64,000 nucleotides of DNA, taken from the NCBI GenBank assembly GCA_963756875.1, contig CAVWPA010000003.1, positions 864,001-928,000 of the forward strand. The letters are read 5' to 3'. Below are positions 31,453 through 41,272 of this stretch, piece after piece; the stretch's first letter is position 1; each line of letters opens with the position of its first letter. The notes under the pieces are model-generated. The model saw only the letters and a list, made by a program, of their open reading frames with translations, had not been told where the DNA came from and did not search any database. The stretch is from an uncultured Verrucomicrobiae bacterium (GTDB lineage: Bacteria; Verrucomicrobiota; Verrucomicrobiia; Chthoniobacterales; UBA10450). The position numbers and the translations under genes are program-made.

Positions 31453-32845
31453 ATGCTCGCGCGAAGACAGGAATTAAACACCCAGCTTCAGGTCTTTATC
31501 GACGCATTTCTGCTGGCCTTCTCGCTCTGGGCTGCATACGCGCTTCGCTACTACAGCACTTTTTGGTTCGACCTGACCAAAACAATCGATCCACAGCGCA
31601 ATTATGCGTGGCTGCTCGTCGTGATCATGCCTTTCGGGCCGATCCTGCTCGATCTCCAGGGTTTCTACCAGTCGCCAGTCAATAAAACGCAGTGGAAGTC
31701 GATCGTCCAGATCATCCGCGCCATGATTGGATTGAGCATCATTGTCAGTGCGTGCGTGATCTTCCTGCGCCTTCCCCTGGCCAATCGATCGGTGCCGCTG
31801 CTCTTCATCCTGATCGGCACCCTGACGCTGCTGCTCAAGGAGCGATTAATCGTCGCCCATATCCGGCGGAAGGCGATGCGCGGTGAACAACGCGAGCCGA
31901 TCCTGCTGGCGGGATTGCCCCAGGACATCGCCGCGCTCGAACAATCGTTTACGGCAGAGCAAAAATTGCTCATGGATGTCGTGGCCAGAATCGACATCGA
32001 TAAACAACCCATCGCCGATTTGGTTGAAGCCATGCATCGGTATGCCGTGAGCCGGGTCATCTTCGCCGCCGGTCATAGCCAGTTGAATCGTGTCGAGCAG
32101 GCCATCGGTGCGTGCGAAATCGAAGGTGTGCCTGCGTGGCTGGTCGCCGATTTTATTCAAACCTCGATCGCCAAACCCGACTTTGACGCGTTTGGCGGAA
32201 GGCCAATGCTCGTTTTTCGATCGACCCCGGAAGTTTCATGGGCCTTGCTGATCAAGGGAATCATCGATCGGTACTGTCGCCGCCATTGCATTAGTACTCA
32301 TGGCCATTCCGATGCTTGTCGTCGCGCTCGTCATCCGGATCACATCAAAAGGGCCGGTCATTTTCCGCCAACGTCGGGCCGGGCGATTTGGGAAACCGTT
32401 CGTGATGTACAAATTCCGCTCGATGACTGACGACGCCGAGATGCGACGCGCGGAGCTCGAGCCGTTTAATCAGATGAGCGGCCCCGTCTTTAAAGTGGAA
32501 GCCGACCCGCGCGTCACTCCAATCGGGCGCTGGCTGCGGCGAACGAGTTTCGACGAGTTGCCGCAACTGGTAAATGTGTTGATGGGCGACATGAGTCTGG
32601 TCGGTCCGCGGCCGCTGCCGCTTTATGAAGTGGAAAAATTTGAAAACACGGCGCAGCGACGCCGCCTGAGCGTCAAACCTGGATTGACCTGTCTCTGGCA
32701 AATCAGCGGACGGAATCAGGTCCGCGATTTTCGTGACTGGGTTAGACTGGATCTCGATTACATCGATCGCTGGTCGCTCGCGCTCGATTTCAAGATCCTG
32801 GCGCGCACCGTTCCGGCGGTGATCATGGGATTGGGCGCCAAGTAG
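31453..32845 (+). CDS. Polyprenyl glycosylphosphotransferase (WcaJ/CpsE-type), apparent +1 frameshift near 32272
   Basis: N-terminal TMs, then [45 protein letters not shown]. Length 1393 nt = 3n+1. Confidence 0.9.
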
Positions 32846-32965
32846 CGCGGCGTCGCACGCGGCGGCTCTGCCGGCGTACTATAATATATAGAGACATAGG
32901 AATATGCGTCGTTTGCGTCGCATGGAGTACCCATGCGGAGTTGCGCCTCGTTGCGCATTGAGTCG

Positions 32966-33127
32966 GGGAGCGCACGCGCCCTCGCGTGCTCTCCTCGGCG
33001 CCCTCGCCGAGGAGTCCACATGAAAACGCAACGCGTTACTCTCCCATAGAGAATGCCGCTTCGCGGGTTGATTTGGGATGTTCGCGGCGAGGTGCCGCAA
33101 ACTGCACGCGGGGCGCGTGCGTTTCCC
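32966..33127. repeat. REP-like inverted doublet between convergent genes
   Basis: GGAGCGCACGCGCCCTCGCGTGC ... GCACGCGGGGCGCGTGCGTTTCC arms with internal hairpins. Confidence 0.75.
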
Positions 33128-33161
33128 GAAGCTTGTCGCCGCCGAAGTGGGCGCTCAGGCT

Positions 33162-33764
33162 TTATTCCTGCGGCGCGTACCGGGCGAGCATGCGCTCGAT
33201 GTATTTGGCCAGAATATCGAACTCGATATTCACCAAATCGCCCGATTGAGCGAGGTCGATGTTGGTGTGGTGTTTGGTGTGCGGGATGATCCAGACGGCG
33301 AGGCTGTCTGTTAACACCTCCGCGATGGTAAGGCTGATGCCGTTGATCGCAATCGATCCCTTGTAAGCCGCGTAATGCGCAAACTCGCCCGGCAATTCAA
33401 CTTCCAGCCGGTAATCCGCACCGCTGCGCTCGAAGGAAACGATGCGGGCGGTGCAATCGATGTGGCCCTGCACGAAATGTCCGCCCACCCGGCCGTTCAC
33501 GGGGAGCGCGCGCTCCAGGTTCACCCGGCTTTCGCGGCGCATGCTTTTCAGATTTGTGCGATCAAGCGTTTCGTCCAGAAGATCGAAAGTAAGCTGGCCG
33601 GAGCGGCGCGCGCTCACCGTCAGGCAGCAGCCATTGACAGCGATGCTATCCCCAGTGGCAATTTCGTCCGCCAGGCGCGGTGCGGCGATTTGCAACTGCG
33701 TTCCTCGCTCCGTCGCCCGAATCCAAAGCATCGTGCCCACTTCCTCGATCAAGCCGGTAAACAT
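33162..33764 (-). CDS. ribE: Riboflavin synthase
   Basis: MFTGLIEE N-terminus, GDSIAVNGCCLT, VNLERA, GGHFVQGHID, KGSIAINGISLT. Confidence 0.96.
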   Translation of the reverse strand: MFTGLIEEVGTMLWIRATERGTQLQIAAPRLADEIATGDSIAVNGCCLTVSARRSGQLTFDLLDETLDRTNLKSMRRESRVNLERALPVNGRVGGHFVQGHIDCTARIVSFERSGADYRLEVELPGEFAHYAAYKGSIAINGISLTIAEVLTDSLAVWIIPHTKHHTNIDLAQSGDLVNIEFDILAKYIERMLARYAPQE

Positions 33765-33828
33765 CGCGCAATTTTTTCGTAAGGTGCCGGAAGTTGGCAA
33801 CTCAAATCTCGGGTCGTGCTCCGGACCG

Positions 33829-33897
33829 GTAGTGTTGGCCAATTGTCAGTTGCATGACTTGCCCTTTAGTTTTCTCCGAACTGACAATCAGCGAATC
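33829..33897. mobile_element. MITE family B, short copy without palindromic cargo
   Basis: Ends GTAGTGTTGGCCAATTGTCAG / CTGACAATCAGCGAAT match the ends of 62447-62582 in reverse orientation. Flanked by CTCCGGAC direct repeats. Confidence 0.6.
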
Positions 33898-33922
33898 CTC
33901 CGGACATGGCCAATTTGGCGTG

Positions 33923-34050
33923 AAAACCCAAATCCCAAGCTCCAATACCCAGAGAAGCTCCAACCTCAAAGCAATGTGGGGTGTTCCCGTTTGGATTTGG
34001 TGATTGGAGTTTCCTTGGAGTTTGGGTATTGGAATTTGGGATTCAGGGGA
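33923..34050. repeat. Inverted heptamer-like array (CCAAnYY / RRnTTGG)
   Basis: TCCCAAGCTCCAATACCCA pairs with TGGGTATTGGAATTTGGGA (17/19). Confidence 0.75.
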
Positions 34051-34076
34051 TTTAGAAATCGCGCTTGATCTGCGTT

Positions 34077-35368
34077 ATGCCGCTCATCTTCACCGCAGTT
34101 GCCTTCGGCCCGCGTGATCCGGCCCTTTTCGGCGTCCCGTTGGATTTTATTCTGTTCGCGCTCGTTTTGGCCGGCGTAGCGCTCTTTCACCGTCATACCC
34201 TGGGGGTCGCGCTCGTCGGCCTGGCAACGGTTTCAATCTATAAAATTGCCTTCACCCGGTTCGACACCGGCCCGGGTGTGCCAGGATTTTTGTTTCACGT
34301 CGCTCACGAGTGGGTCGTTCTCGCGAACCTGCTTTGCCTTCTGGTGGGGTTCGCGGTGTTGTCGCGCCATTTCGAAAAAAGCCACGTCCCTGTGATATTA
34401 CCTAAATACCTCCCTCACGATTGGAGAGGAGGCTTCATTTTGCTGGTGCTGGTCTGGATTCTTTCCAGCTTTCTCGACAATATCGCCGGGGCGCTGATCG
34501 GTGGCGCGATGGCGCATCAGCTCTTCCGGGCCAAGGTCCATATCGGCTTTCTTGCGGCGATCGTCGCCGCATCCAACGCGGGTGGCAGTTGGAGCGTCCT
34601 GGGCGACACCACCACAACGATGATGTGGATCGCCGGGATCGCGCCGATGAAAGTAATCGGAGCGATCATACCCGCGGCGGTCGCTTTGTTTATTTTTGGC
34701 ATTCCGGCGGCCATCCAGCAACACAGGTATTCACCAATTCTGGAGCGCACGCACGAACACACGCATGTCGATTGGGTACGTCTCGGAATCGTCGGATTGA
34801 TTCTGGTCCTCGCGCTGCTGACCAACGTGACAGTGAACATGAAGTTCGCTCAGCACGCGGAAAGCTTTCCTTTTATTGGAGTGGCCGTGTGGGTGGCGAT
34901 CCTGCTTTCGGTTGGGATGCGTCGCCCCGATTGGGAAACGCTGCCGGGAGCATTCAGGGGTTCCGTTTTTCTGCTCTCGCTTGTCCTGATCGCATCGATG
35001 ATGCCCGTAGAAAAATTGCCGCAGGCATCCTGGCAGACGGCGCTCGGTCTTGGCTTTCTCTCCGCTGTGTTCGACAACATTCCGCTGACCGCGCTGGCGA
35101 TCAAACAGGGTGGATACGACTGGGGCTTTCTGGCCTATACCGTCGGGTTTGGCGGATCGATGATCTGGTTCGGTTCGTCGTCCGGGGTGGCCATCTCGAA
35201 TATGTACCCGAAGTCAGGTCCGTCGGGCAATGGTTGCGGCACGGCTGGTACATTGTGATCGCGTACATGATCGGTTTTTTCGTCATGTTCGGTGTATGGA
35301 AATGGCACCCGGATATTCCACATAAGCGGGGCGGCGATCCCGAGCGGACCGTGCAGCTCGCGTTATAA
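34077..35368 (+). CDS. Citrate transporter / NhaD-like ion transporter (IT superfamily), apparent -1 frameshift near 35210
   Basis: SSFLDNIA, ASNAGGSWSVLGDTTTTMMW, SAVFDNIPL, GFGGSMIWFGSS.GV. The C-terminus YPEVRSVGQWL lies in another frame. Confidence 0.85.
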
Positions 35369-35683
35369 TCGGCGCCCGAATTTCAAACGAGCAGTCGTCG
35401 CCATTTTCACTCCGGGCGACTTTGGCCTAACGAATCAGGAGGATTTTCCAAAGCTGGAAATGTTCCTGTTTAATTACGCGCCCGAAAGCGGGCAAAAACG
35501 GCCCCAAAAATTCTTTAATTTTTTTCTAGGCAGCCGCAGGGAAATCCGATAGAACGGCAAAAAACGGGATTGGCGGGCGACAGTTGGTCCGGCGGCCCCG
35601 TTCAAAAAAAGCTTAAAAAAGTGAAAAAAAACCTTGCCAGCGTGCAGATTCTTCAATAATGCCTAGCGCAACCTAACCAAACC

Positions 35684-38600
35684 ATGGAGAAACCAATGAC
35701 TAGAAACGTACCTAACAAACTGGGATTGCTTCGCGCCGCTTTCGTAGCCGGTGTCGGGCTGCCTCTGATCATCGCCACGAGCGTCCGCGCGCAAAACCTA
35801 GCGCCTGCGGAGCAAAATGAGCCTCGGCCGGCGGAAGCGACAGCCGAGCGCGTTATCGTGACCGGGTCCAACATTCCGACGGCGGAAGAAGTTGGTGCAA
35901 ACCCGGTTCTCACGTTGAACCACGACGTCATCAAAAAGGCGGGCGTGCGCACCACGGAAGAACTTCTGCAGCGGCAACCGGTCATCAACGCCAACCAGAT
36001 CCCGGTGCAAAATAACGGAACCAGCCAGTCCGGTCCGTCCGGCACCAGTTCGATCGCCCTTCGCGGGCTTGACGTTCAGGCCACTCTCGTTCTGGTCGAT
36101 GGCAAGCGCGTCGCGCCCTATCCGGGTGCCTCGTTCGTGGATTTAAATAATATTCCGCAGCCGTTCATCGGCAGCATCGAAATTCTGAAACAGGGCGCTT
36201 CCGCCGTGTACGGAGCCGATGCGGTAGCCGGCGTCGTGAACATTAAGTTGAATAAGGATTTTCGCGGCGTCCAGGCGACGGTCGAGTACGGCAATGTGAT
36301 GGATAAGAATGCCGCCCGCTACCTGGGCGACGTTCTCTTTGGTGTTGGCGACGACAAAACTTCGATCACCGGCGATATCTTCTACTATCACCACAATTCG
36401 ACGTTCAATGGTGACTACGGCAACTCCGCAGTCCCGCCGTTCCTGAGTTCCAACGCCAGCCCGTGGAACGTCCAGGTAACCCGTGCCGCGGTACTGTCCA
36501 ACCCTACAAATGGGTTCGGGGCACAGGATCCGTTTCCCAATATAAATCACACCGACAATCCCACGCTCTTCGACAACTTGTCGGTAGCACGGTTACCACT
36601 ATTACCTGAATGCGGCCGGTCTGACGGCGATCGGCAACACGGATAACAGCTCAACCGGAAGAGACAACGCCACCAACATGGCCATGATCGATAGCATTCA
36701 TAAGCTGAATGTCGTGAGTTCGGGCGGCGTCTTCCTGGGGCTCACGCCGAACAACACGTTCTTTACGTCCAACCCGAGGAATTATCAGGATGCCCCCGGC
36801 AGCGCTTCAAATTGGCACTATGGCCAGGGACGTCTGCACGCTTTTAACTTCAACAAGTTCTCCAGTTCGTTCCCCGAGCAGGAGCGCTGGGGCGGTTACG
36901 CATCATTCATCCATAAGGTTTGCGACGATCAGGTGCAGGTCTATGGCGACTTCATGTATGACGACTCAAAGACGCATGATGAGTTGGCGCCAATTGCCAC
37001 CGGCTCGTTCCAAACAACCGGCAACCCGGTGATCGCCGTCCCGCCTCACATGGACTTGAACGGCATGGTTGGCGGCCCCGGAATGGAGTATGCCGGCACG
37101 CCGACCTACGCCGCGACCGGCGTGGACAACCATGCCTATAACCCGTTCAATCCGTTTAACCAGATTCTGTCCGGCGGCACCCGGGCCCGTATCTTCGACT
37201 TCGGCAACCGACTCATCGATAACGAAGCGTATGCCTGGCTGACCACTCTGGGTGTTAAAGGCGACAAGCTGTTTGATGGAAACTGGGGTTACGACTCCTT
37301 CTTCCGTTACAGCCAGACCGACTTGGTTTCCCGGATCGTGACGGCCGCGGGCACCCGGTTCGCCGAGATCATGAATGCGAACAGTCCGATCTTCGACCCG
37401 GCTTCGAGCCAGTATATCGGGACGACTGTTCCGTACGATCCGTTCTACCACTACCTCGGCCAGGAGCCGCCAACCAACCGTTACTCCGTCAATTACGCCC
37501 GAGCGAATGTTCGCGACCTGTCGAAATCCTCGGTTGCGCAGGCCGGTGTGAATATCTATACGGTAGACCTGTTTGATCTGCCGGCAGGCGGGGTCGGCTT
37601 TGCCGTCGGCGGTGACTGGCGCCGGGAGGAATACAAGTTCAACCCCGACGATCAAGACAGACTTGGGAACCAGCTTGGTGTCGGCATAGCTCCGTATGCC
37701 GCGGGCGGTCGCAAGACTTATGCGTTCTATGCGGAAACGACGATCCCAATCTTCAGCCCGACGATGGGCGTTTGGGGATTGCACTCTCTGGAGTTCGATG
37801 CCGCTGGCCGGTTTGAGGACTTCAGGAATAACAGCACCAACGTGTTGGTTCCGAGAGTGTCCTTGCGCTGGCAGCCGTTTGACGAGGAACTGACCCTCCG
37901 CGCCTCGTGGGGTGAAGGCTTCCTCGAGCCGTCGCTCAGCGAGCTCTATAATCCGCCGTTTTTCACTCTGGCGCCGACCGTCTATCACGGCCACGCGGAG
38001 CCGGAAACAACGTACGAAGTCACTACGAACAAAAACCTGAAACCGGGAGATTCCCGCGACTTCACTGCCGGGTTTGTCTACACCCCGAAGTGGATGCCAC
38101 AAGGGCAAACGTTGACCGTCGGAGCAGATTTCTGGGACATTGAGCGCAGCGGTGTTGTTACCCAACCCAGCGCTGCGGAAGTGGTGCAGCGTTTTATACA
38201 TAATAACCTGCTTCCCGGCGAAGTCGTCCAGATCGACCCGGTTAGTGATAGCGTGAACTTTGTGAAATCCGGTTTCCTCAACGCGGGGAAACAGAAGGCG
38301 CGTGGCGTCGATCTCACGCTGCTTTACCAATACCAGACACCCAACTGGGGAACCTTCACCTGGACGTCCCAGGCGACCTACCTTGACTCGTTCATCTTCC
38401 AGTTGGATACGACAACGAGGCCACACGAAGTCAGCGGGCGTGCCAACAACGATCCGTTTGAGGGCGCGTTCTTCGGCGCGGCGACCGCCGGCGACGGCTG
38501 GTTGAAGTGGAAAGGCGCATCGACGCTCGACTGGTCGTGGCACAACTTCGACTTCGCCTTTACCGAGCACTATTGGGACGGGTTTAAGGAGGAGTGGTAC

Positions 38601-38990
38601 CCCGCGGCGTTGCGTGGAAAGTTTTTCTTCAACCCGGCTTACCCGGAGCGTGACCATTACGTGAGCCAGCGTTGGTTCTCCGATATCGACACTTCTTACA
38701 CTCTACTCTTCACGCCTCCTGTGGAGTCGCAGCCGGTGGCCGGCTACTCGAAGGGCGGCAAGGAAATGATGACGGGCAAGGACAAGCAGGTCGAAACGGC
38801 CGCTTATGAAATGCCATGCTGGAAAACCATCCTGAACAACACGACGCTGACGTTCGGTGTGACCAACCTGTTTGGCCAAGACCCGCCGCAGATGTACGGG
38901 ACCTTGTATTCCAACTCCGACAACTATCCGGGCTCCCTGTACGACAACCTGGGACGCTTCTACTACATCCGGTTAACAAAGAAGTTCTAG
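35684..38990 (+). CDS. TonB-dependent outer-membrane transporter, apparent +1 frameshift near 36580-36600
   Basis: Signal peptide, RVIVTGSNI TonB box, LRGL...TLVLVDGKR, IEILKQGASAVYGADAVAGVVNI plug, barrel ending GVTNLF...YDNLGRFYYIRLTKKF with C-terminal Phe. Confidence 0.92.
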
Positions 38991-39017
38991 GCGTCGCAAA
39001 CGTTAGGTAATAATTCA

Positions 39018-39055
39018 AGAGGCAGCCTCGCTTTCGGGGCTGCCTCTTTGCTTTT
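39018..39055 (+). terminator. Rho-independent terminator after the TonB-dependent transporter
   Basis: AGAGGCAGCCTCG-CTTT-CGGGGCTGCCTCT followed by TTGCTTTT. Confidence 0.85.
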
Positions 39056-39064
39056 GTGATCTCT

Positions 39065-39282
39065 GCTGGTGGGGCGAGACTCTGTCGAGCCGACGAATAA
39101 ACTCAGGTCTGAATTTTCCTGGCCAGCGACGCTGTTCGGAATGACCGGGGTTTTCAACGAGGCTGCTTGGAATTTGAAGCTCTGTTTTTCGTTTTTCAGA
39201 CCCAGGGTAGGATTTTGTCGGCTCGACAGAGTTTACCCGCCGCAGGCGGCGCCAAAGGCGACCAGGGTCTCGTCCCACCAGC
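39065..39282. repeat. REP doublet with an interrupted right arm
   Basis: GCTGGTGGGGCGAGACTCTGTCGAGCCGAC ... GTCGGCTCGACAGAG[insert]TCTCGTCCCACCAGC. Confidence 0.75.
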
Positions 39283-39366
39283 GTGAGTTCGAAATCTTCT
39301 CCGAAACTCCGGGCGATCGTCATGGTTGAATCTTTGACGGTCAAAAACTGAGAGGTAACTTTTAAT

Positions 39367-39669
39367 ATGAAAACATCAAAGGCGGTAAAGATTGTGTCCT
39401 TGCTGTTAAGTGGAGCGTTCTTGGCGACCCCAATGTTTGGCGGGCAACCCAAGGACAAATCGTCCAAGAACAAAGACAAGGACCAGTATGAATATGTCTT
39501 TGTCACTGGATCGAGCATCCCTCGGAAGGTGAAGATTAAGTCTGTCGGGAACGCGATTTCGAACCTGCGCGTCTACAACCGAAAAGAGATCGATCAAACC
39601 GGCCGAGCGACAACGGCAGGCGTTCTGGCCCAGGACCCGTCCGTTACGGTGAGGGGCCCCAAGGGCTAA
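39367..39669 (+). CDS. Small exported protein resembling a free TonB-box / plug N-terminus
   Basis: Signal peptide, then YVFVTGSSIP...LRVYNRKEIDQTGRATTAGVLAQDPSV, which aligns by eye with the adjacent transporter N-terminus. GAGG upstream of the ATG. Confidence 0.78.
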   Translation: MKTSKAVKIVSLLLSGAFLATPMFGGQPKDKSSKNKDKDQYEYVFVTGSSIPRKVKIKSVGNAISNLRVYNRKEIDQTGRATTAGVLAQDPSVTVRGPKG

Positions 39670-39684
39670 GTTTAGAAGAGAGTG

Positions 39685-39808
39685 AGCACTGTTGAAAAGC
39701 TTAGCCGGAGCGGGATTCCTGTGGTGGCAGCCGTGCCGGCTGCGTTACGTTTTGCAGGCGACACGCCTGCCTCTACAGAGTTACGATAAGAGGCTTTTCA
39801 ACAGTGCT
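39685..39808. mobile_element. MITE family A (124 bp) carrying a REP doublet
   Basis: Perfect 16-bp TIR AGCACTGTTGAAAAGC / GCTTTTCAACAGTGCT. Perfect 9-bp flanking direct repeat AAGAGAGTG at 39676-39684 and 39809-39817. Confidence 0.9.
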
Positions 39809-40030
39809 AAGAGAGTGCAAGCATGCTCTGGCATGCGCGGAGCACAGCTTGAGCTGCCGGCCTGCAAGCGCCTATAGCGGACGCTGGCTGGGAGTCTGGA
39901 AGACCCAAAATACCGGGATTTGCCGTAAACGCAGTTTGGCTGTGGGAAGCGGCACCCGAGGGGATGTCCAAGGTCTCAGGGATAACGTCCGGATCGCGGC
40001 CTGAAGGATCAGTTTTACGCCGATGCACGT

Positions 40031-40072
40031 GGGCCGGCAGGATTGACAAAATCCTGGCCCAGATTGTATTCA
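40031..40072 (+). promoter_or_regulatory. Putative sigma70 promoter with a palindrome over the -35 box
   Basis: TTGACA at 40043-40048 inside CAGGATT-gacaa-AATCCTG. Weak -10 (TGTATT/TATTCA) 16-18 nt downstream. Confidence 0.45.
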
Positions 40073-40245
40073 GCTTCCGGGCGCGATTGATGGCCCTGAT
40101 GACGCTTTGGGCTCGATGGGCTCGACGAAAGGGTCGCCCCCTCCTGGGGCCGAGCGCGGCGGGCTTTGCACCGCCATAGAGGGAGCCTAAAGCGGGGGTT
40201 GTAGGGCATGTCGGGCGACATGGGATGCCTCGGGCAATCAAAGTC
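40073..40245 (+). ncRNA. Candidate structured non-coding RNA or leader, family not recognised
   Basis: Nested stems TTGATGGCCC/GGGCAATCAA, CGCTTTGGGCTC/GAGCCTAAAGCG, GCTCG/CGAGC, GCCCC/GGGGC, CATGTC/GACATG. G-U pairs favour the + strand. No credible ORF. Confidence 0.35.
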
Positions 40246-40461
40246 CACAGGTTGCATTCACTCTAGGAAGTCGGCATTTACAGCACGCCAGATCTGCTCC
40301 ATGCCGGGCTGATCTAATCACCGAGGGAAGAGGCTTAGAACCCTGGGCGCATCCTTCCTTGGCACCTTCTCTTGCCGAGGCGCTGGAAACCCGTCCGGCT
40401 GGGGAGTTTGTGCGCGATATAAGGGCTGGCACAGGCTGTGCTTATAATCATCATAACCACC

Positions 40462-41100
40462 ATGATTATTATAAGCCTTCTTCCCTTTACCGCGCGCAAA
40501 GCTTTCTGCCTGGCCGGCGCTATCCTGGTCCTTTGCTCGGTCTCTTCCTTCGCCAGACCGGTGTTCGTCAATGTCGATAAGACTCCTTATGACCGGCAAA
40601 TGACCCGAATCCGCCCTGTCCTGCTTTCCCGCCACACCGGCGGACACGAAGGCGTCTCGCTGGCCATCGTGAATAACTGGATTTGGAATCTGCGCGCGAT
40701 CCCATACGGGTTTTGCCCACAATGGAAGACCCCGGCCGAAGTGGAATCCGGAAGCATGGCCGATTGCAAAGGCAAAGCGGTCGCCCTTTATGACATCATG
40801 CGCTCGCACGGCGCGCAAAACGTCCGGCTGGTTATCGGGAAGCGCTCCTGGATGAGCCGAAAAACGCACGCCTGGTTGGAATGGACGACCCCTAATGGTA
40901 CATATGTGCTCGATCCGACGATCAACTGGACCGCAGCGCGCGTCTCCCGGTTCGGCAGCAGCTTTTACATTCCGTTCTACGCGTACGCTGGGAACCACAA
41001 ATACCGCGCTGCCAGTTCGACCATGTTCGCCAAGGCCGAGACAACGACAAGGCGCCATCACAATCTCTGGGCGGTCAACTCCGCTCCTGCTGCTCATTAA
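40462..41100 (+). CDS. Exported transglutaminase-like cysteine peptidase (BTLCP / LapG-like)
   Basis: Signal peptide, W.TPAE....ADCKGKA (Cys), THAWL (His), YVLDP (Asp). Confidence 0.8.
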   Translation: MIIISLLPFTARKAFCLAGAILVLCSVSSFARPVFVNVDKTPYDRQMTRIRPVLLSRHTGGHEGVSLAIVNNWIWNLRAIPYGFCPQWKTPAEVESGSMADCKGKAVALYDIMRSHGAQNVRLVIGKRSWMSRKTHAWLEWTTPNGTYVLDPTINWTAARVSRFGSSFYIPFYAYAGNHKYRAASSTMFAKAETTTRRHHNLWAVNSAPAAH

Positions 41101-41230
41101 GATCGGTGGTTGTAGACGTTTCGCTTTGCGAAACGCGGCGCTGAAATGGTTAAGCGGCCAGGCGCCGCGCCGCCCCGGGAGGCCGGCATCCGGTCCCGGA
41201 AAAAAGTTCGGGTTGCATAAAAAATTTGTA

Positions 41231-41259
41231 TTGCAAAGAGCGAGGCAGGGCGCTATCAT
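41231..41259 (+). promoter_or_regulatory. Sigma70-type promoter
   Basis: TTGCAA-17 nt-TATCAT with an A-rich upstream tract, 13 nt before ATG 41273. Confidence 0.7.
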
Positions 41260-41272
41260 CGTTTTTGTATCT

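Noticed and set aside
36966..38657. 563-aa antisense ORF opposite the TonB-dependent transporter
   Set aside because: Shadow frame expected from GC-rich codon bias. No recognisable motifs.
40096..40130. CTGATGA...GAAA as a hammerhead ribozyme core
   Set aside because: The stem following CUGAUGA closes at 40194 and is not followed by GAAA, so the core geometry does not fit.
39818..40330. tmRNA, RNase P RNA, SRP RNA or c-di-GMP riboswitch
   Set aside because: I found no tRNA-like ends, GAGGAAAGUCC/AACAGAA boxes, SRP domain IV loop or GCAAA...GACGCAAAG pattern on either strand.
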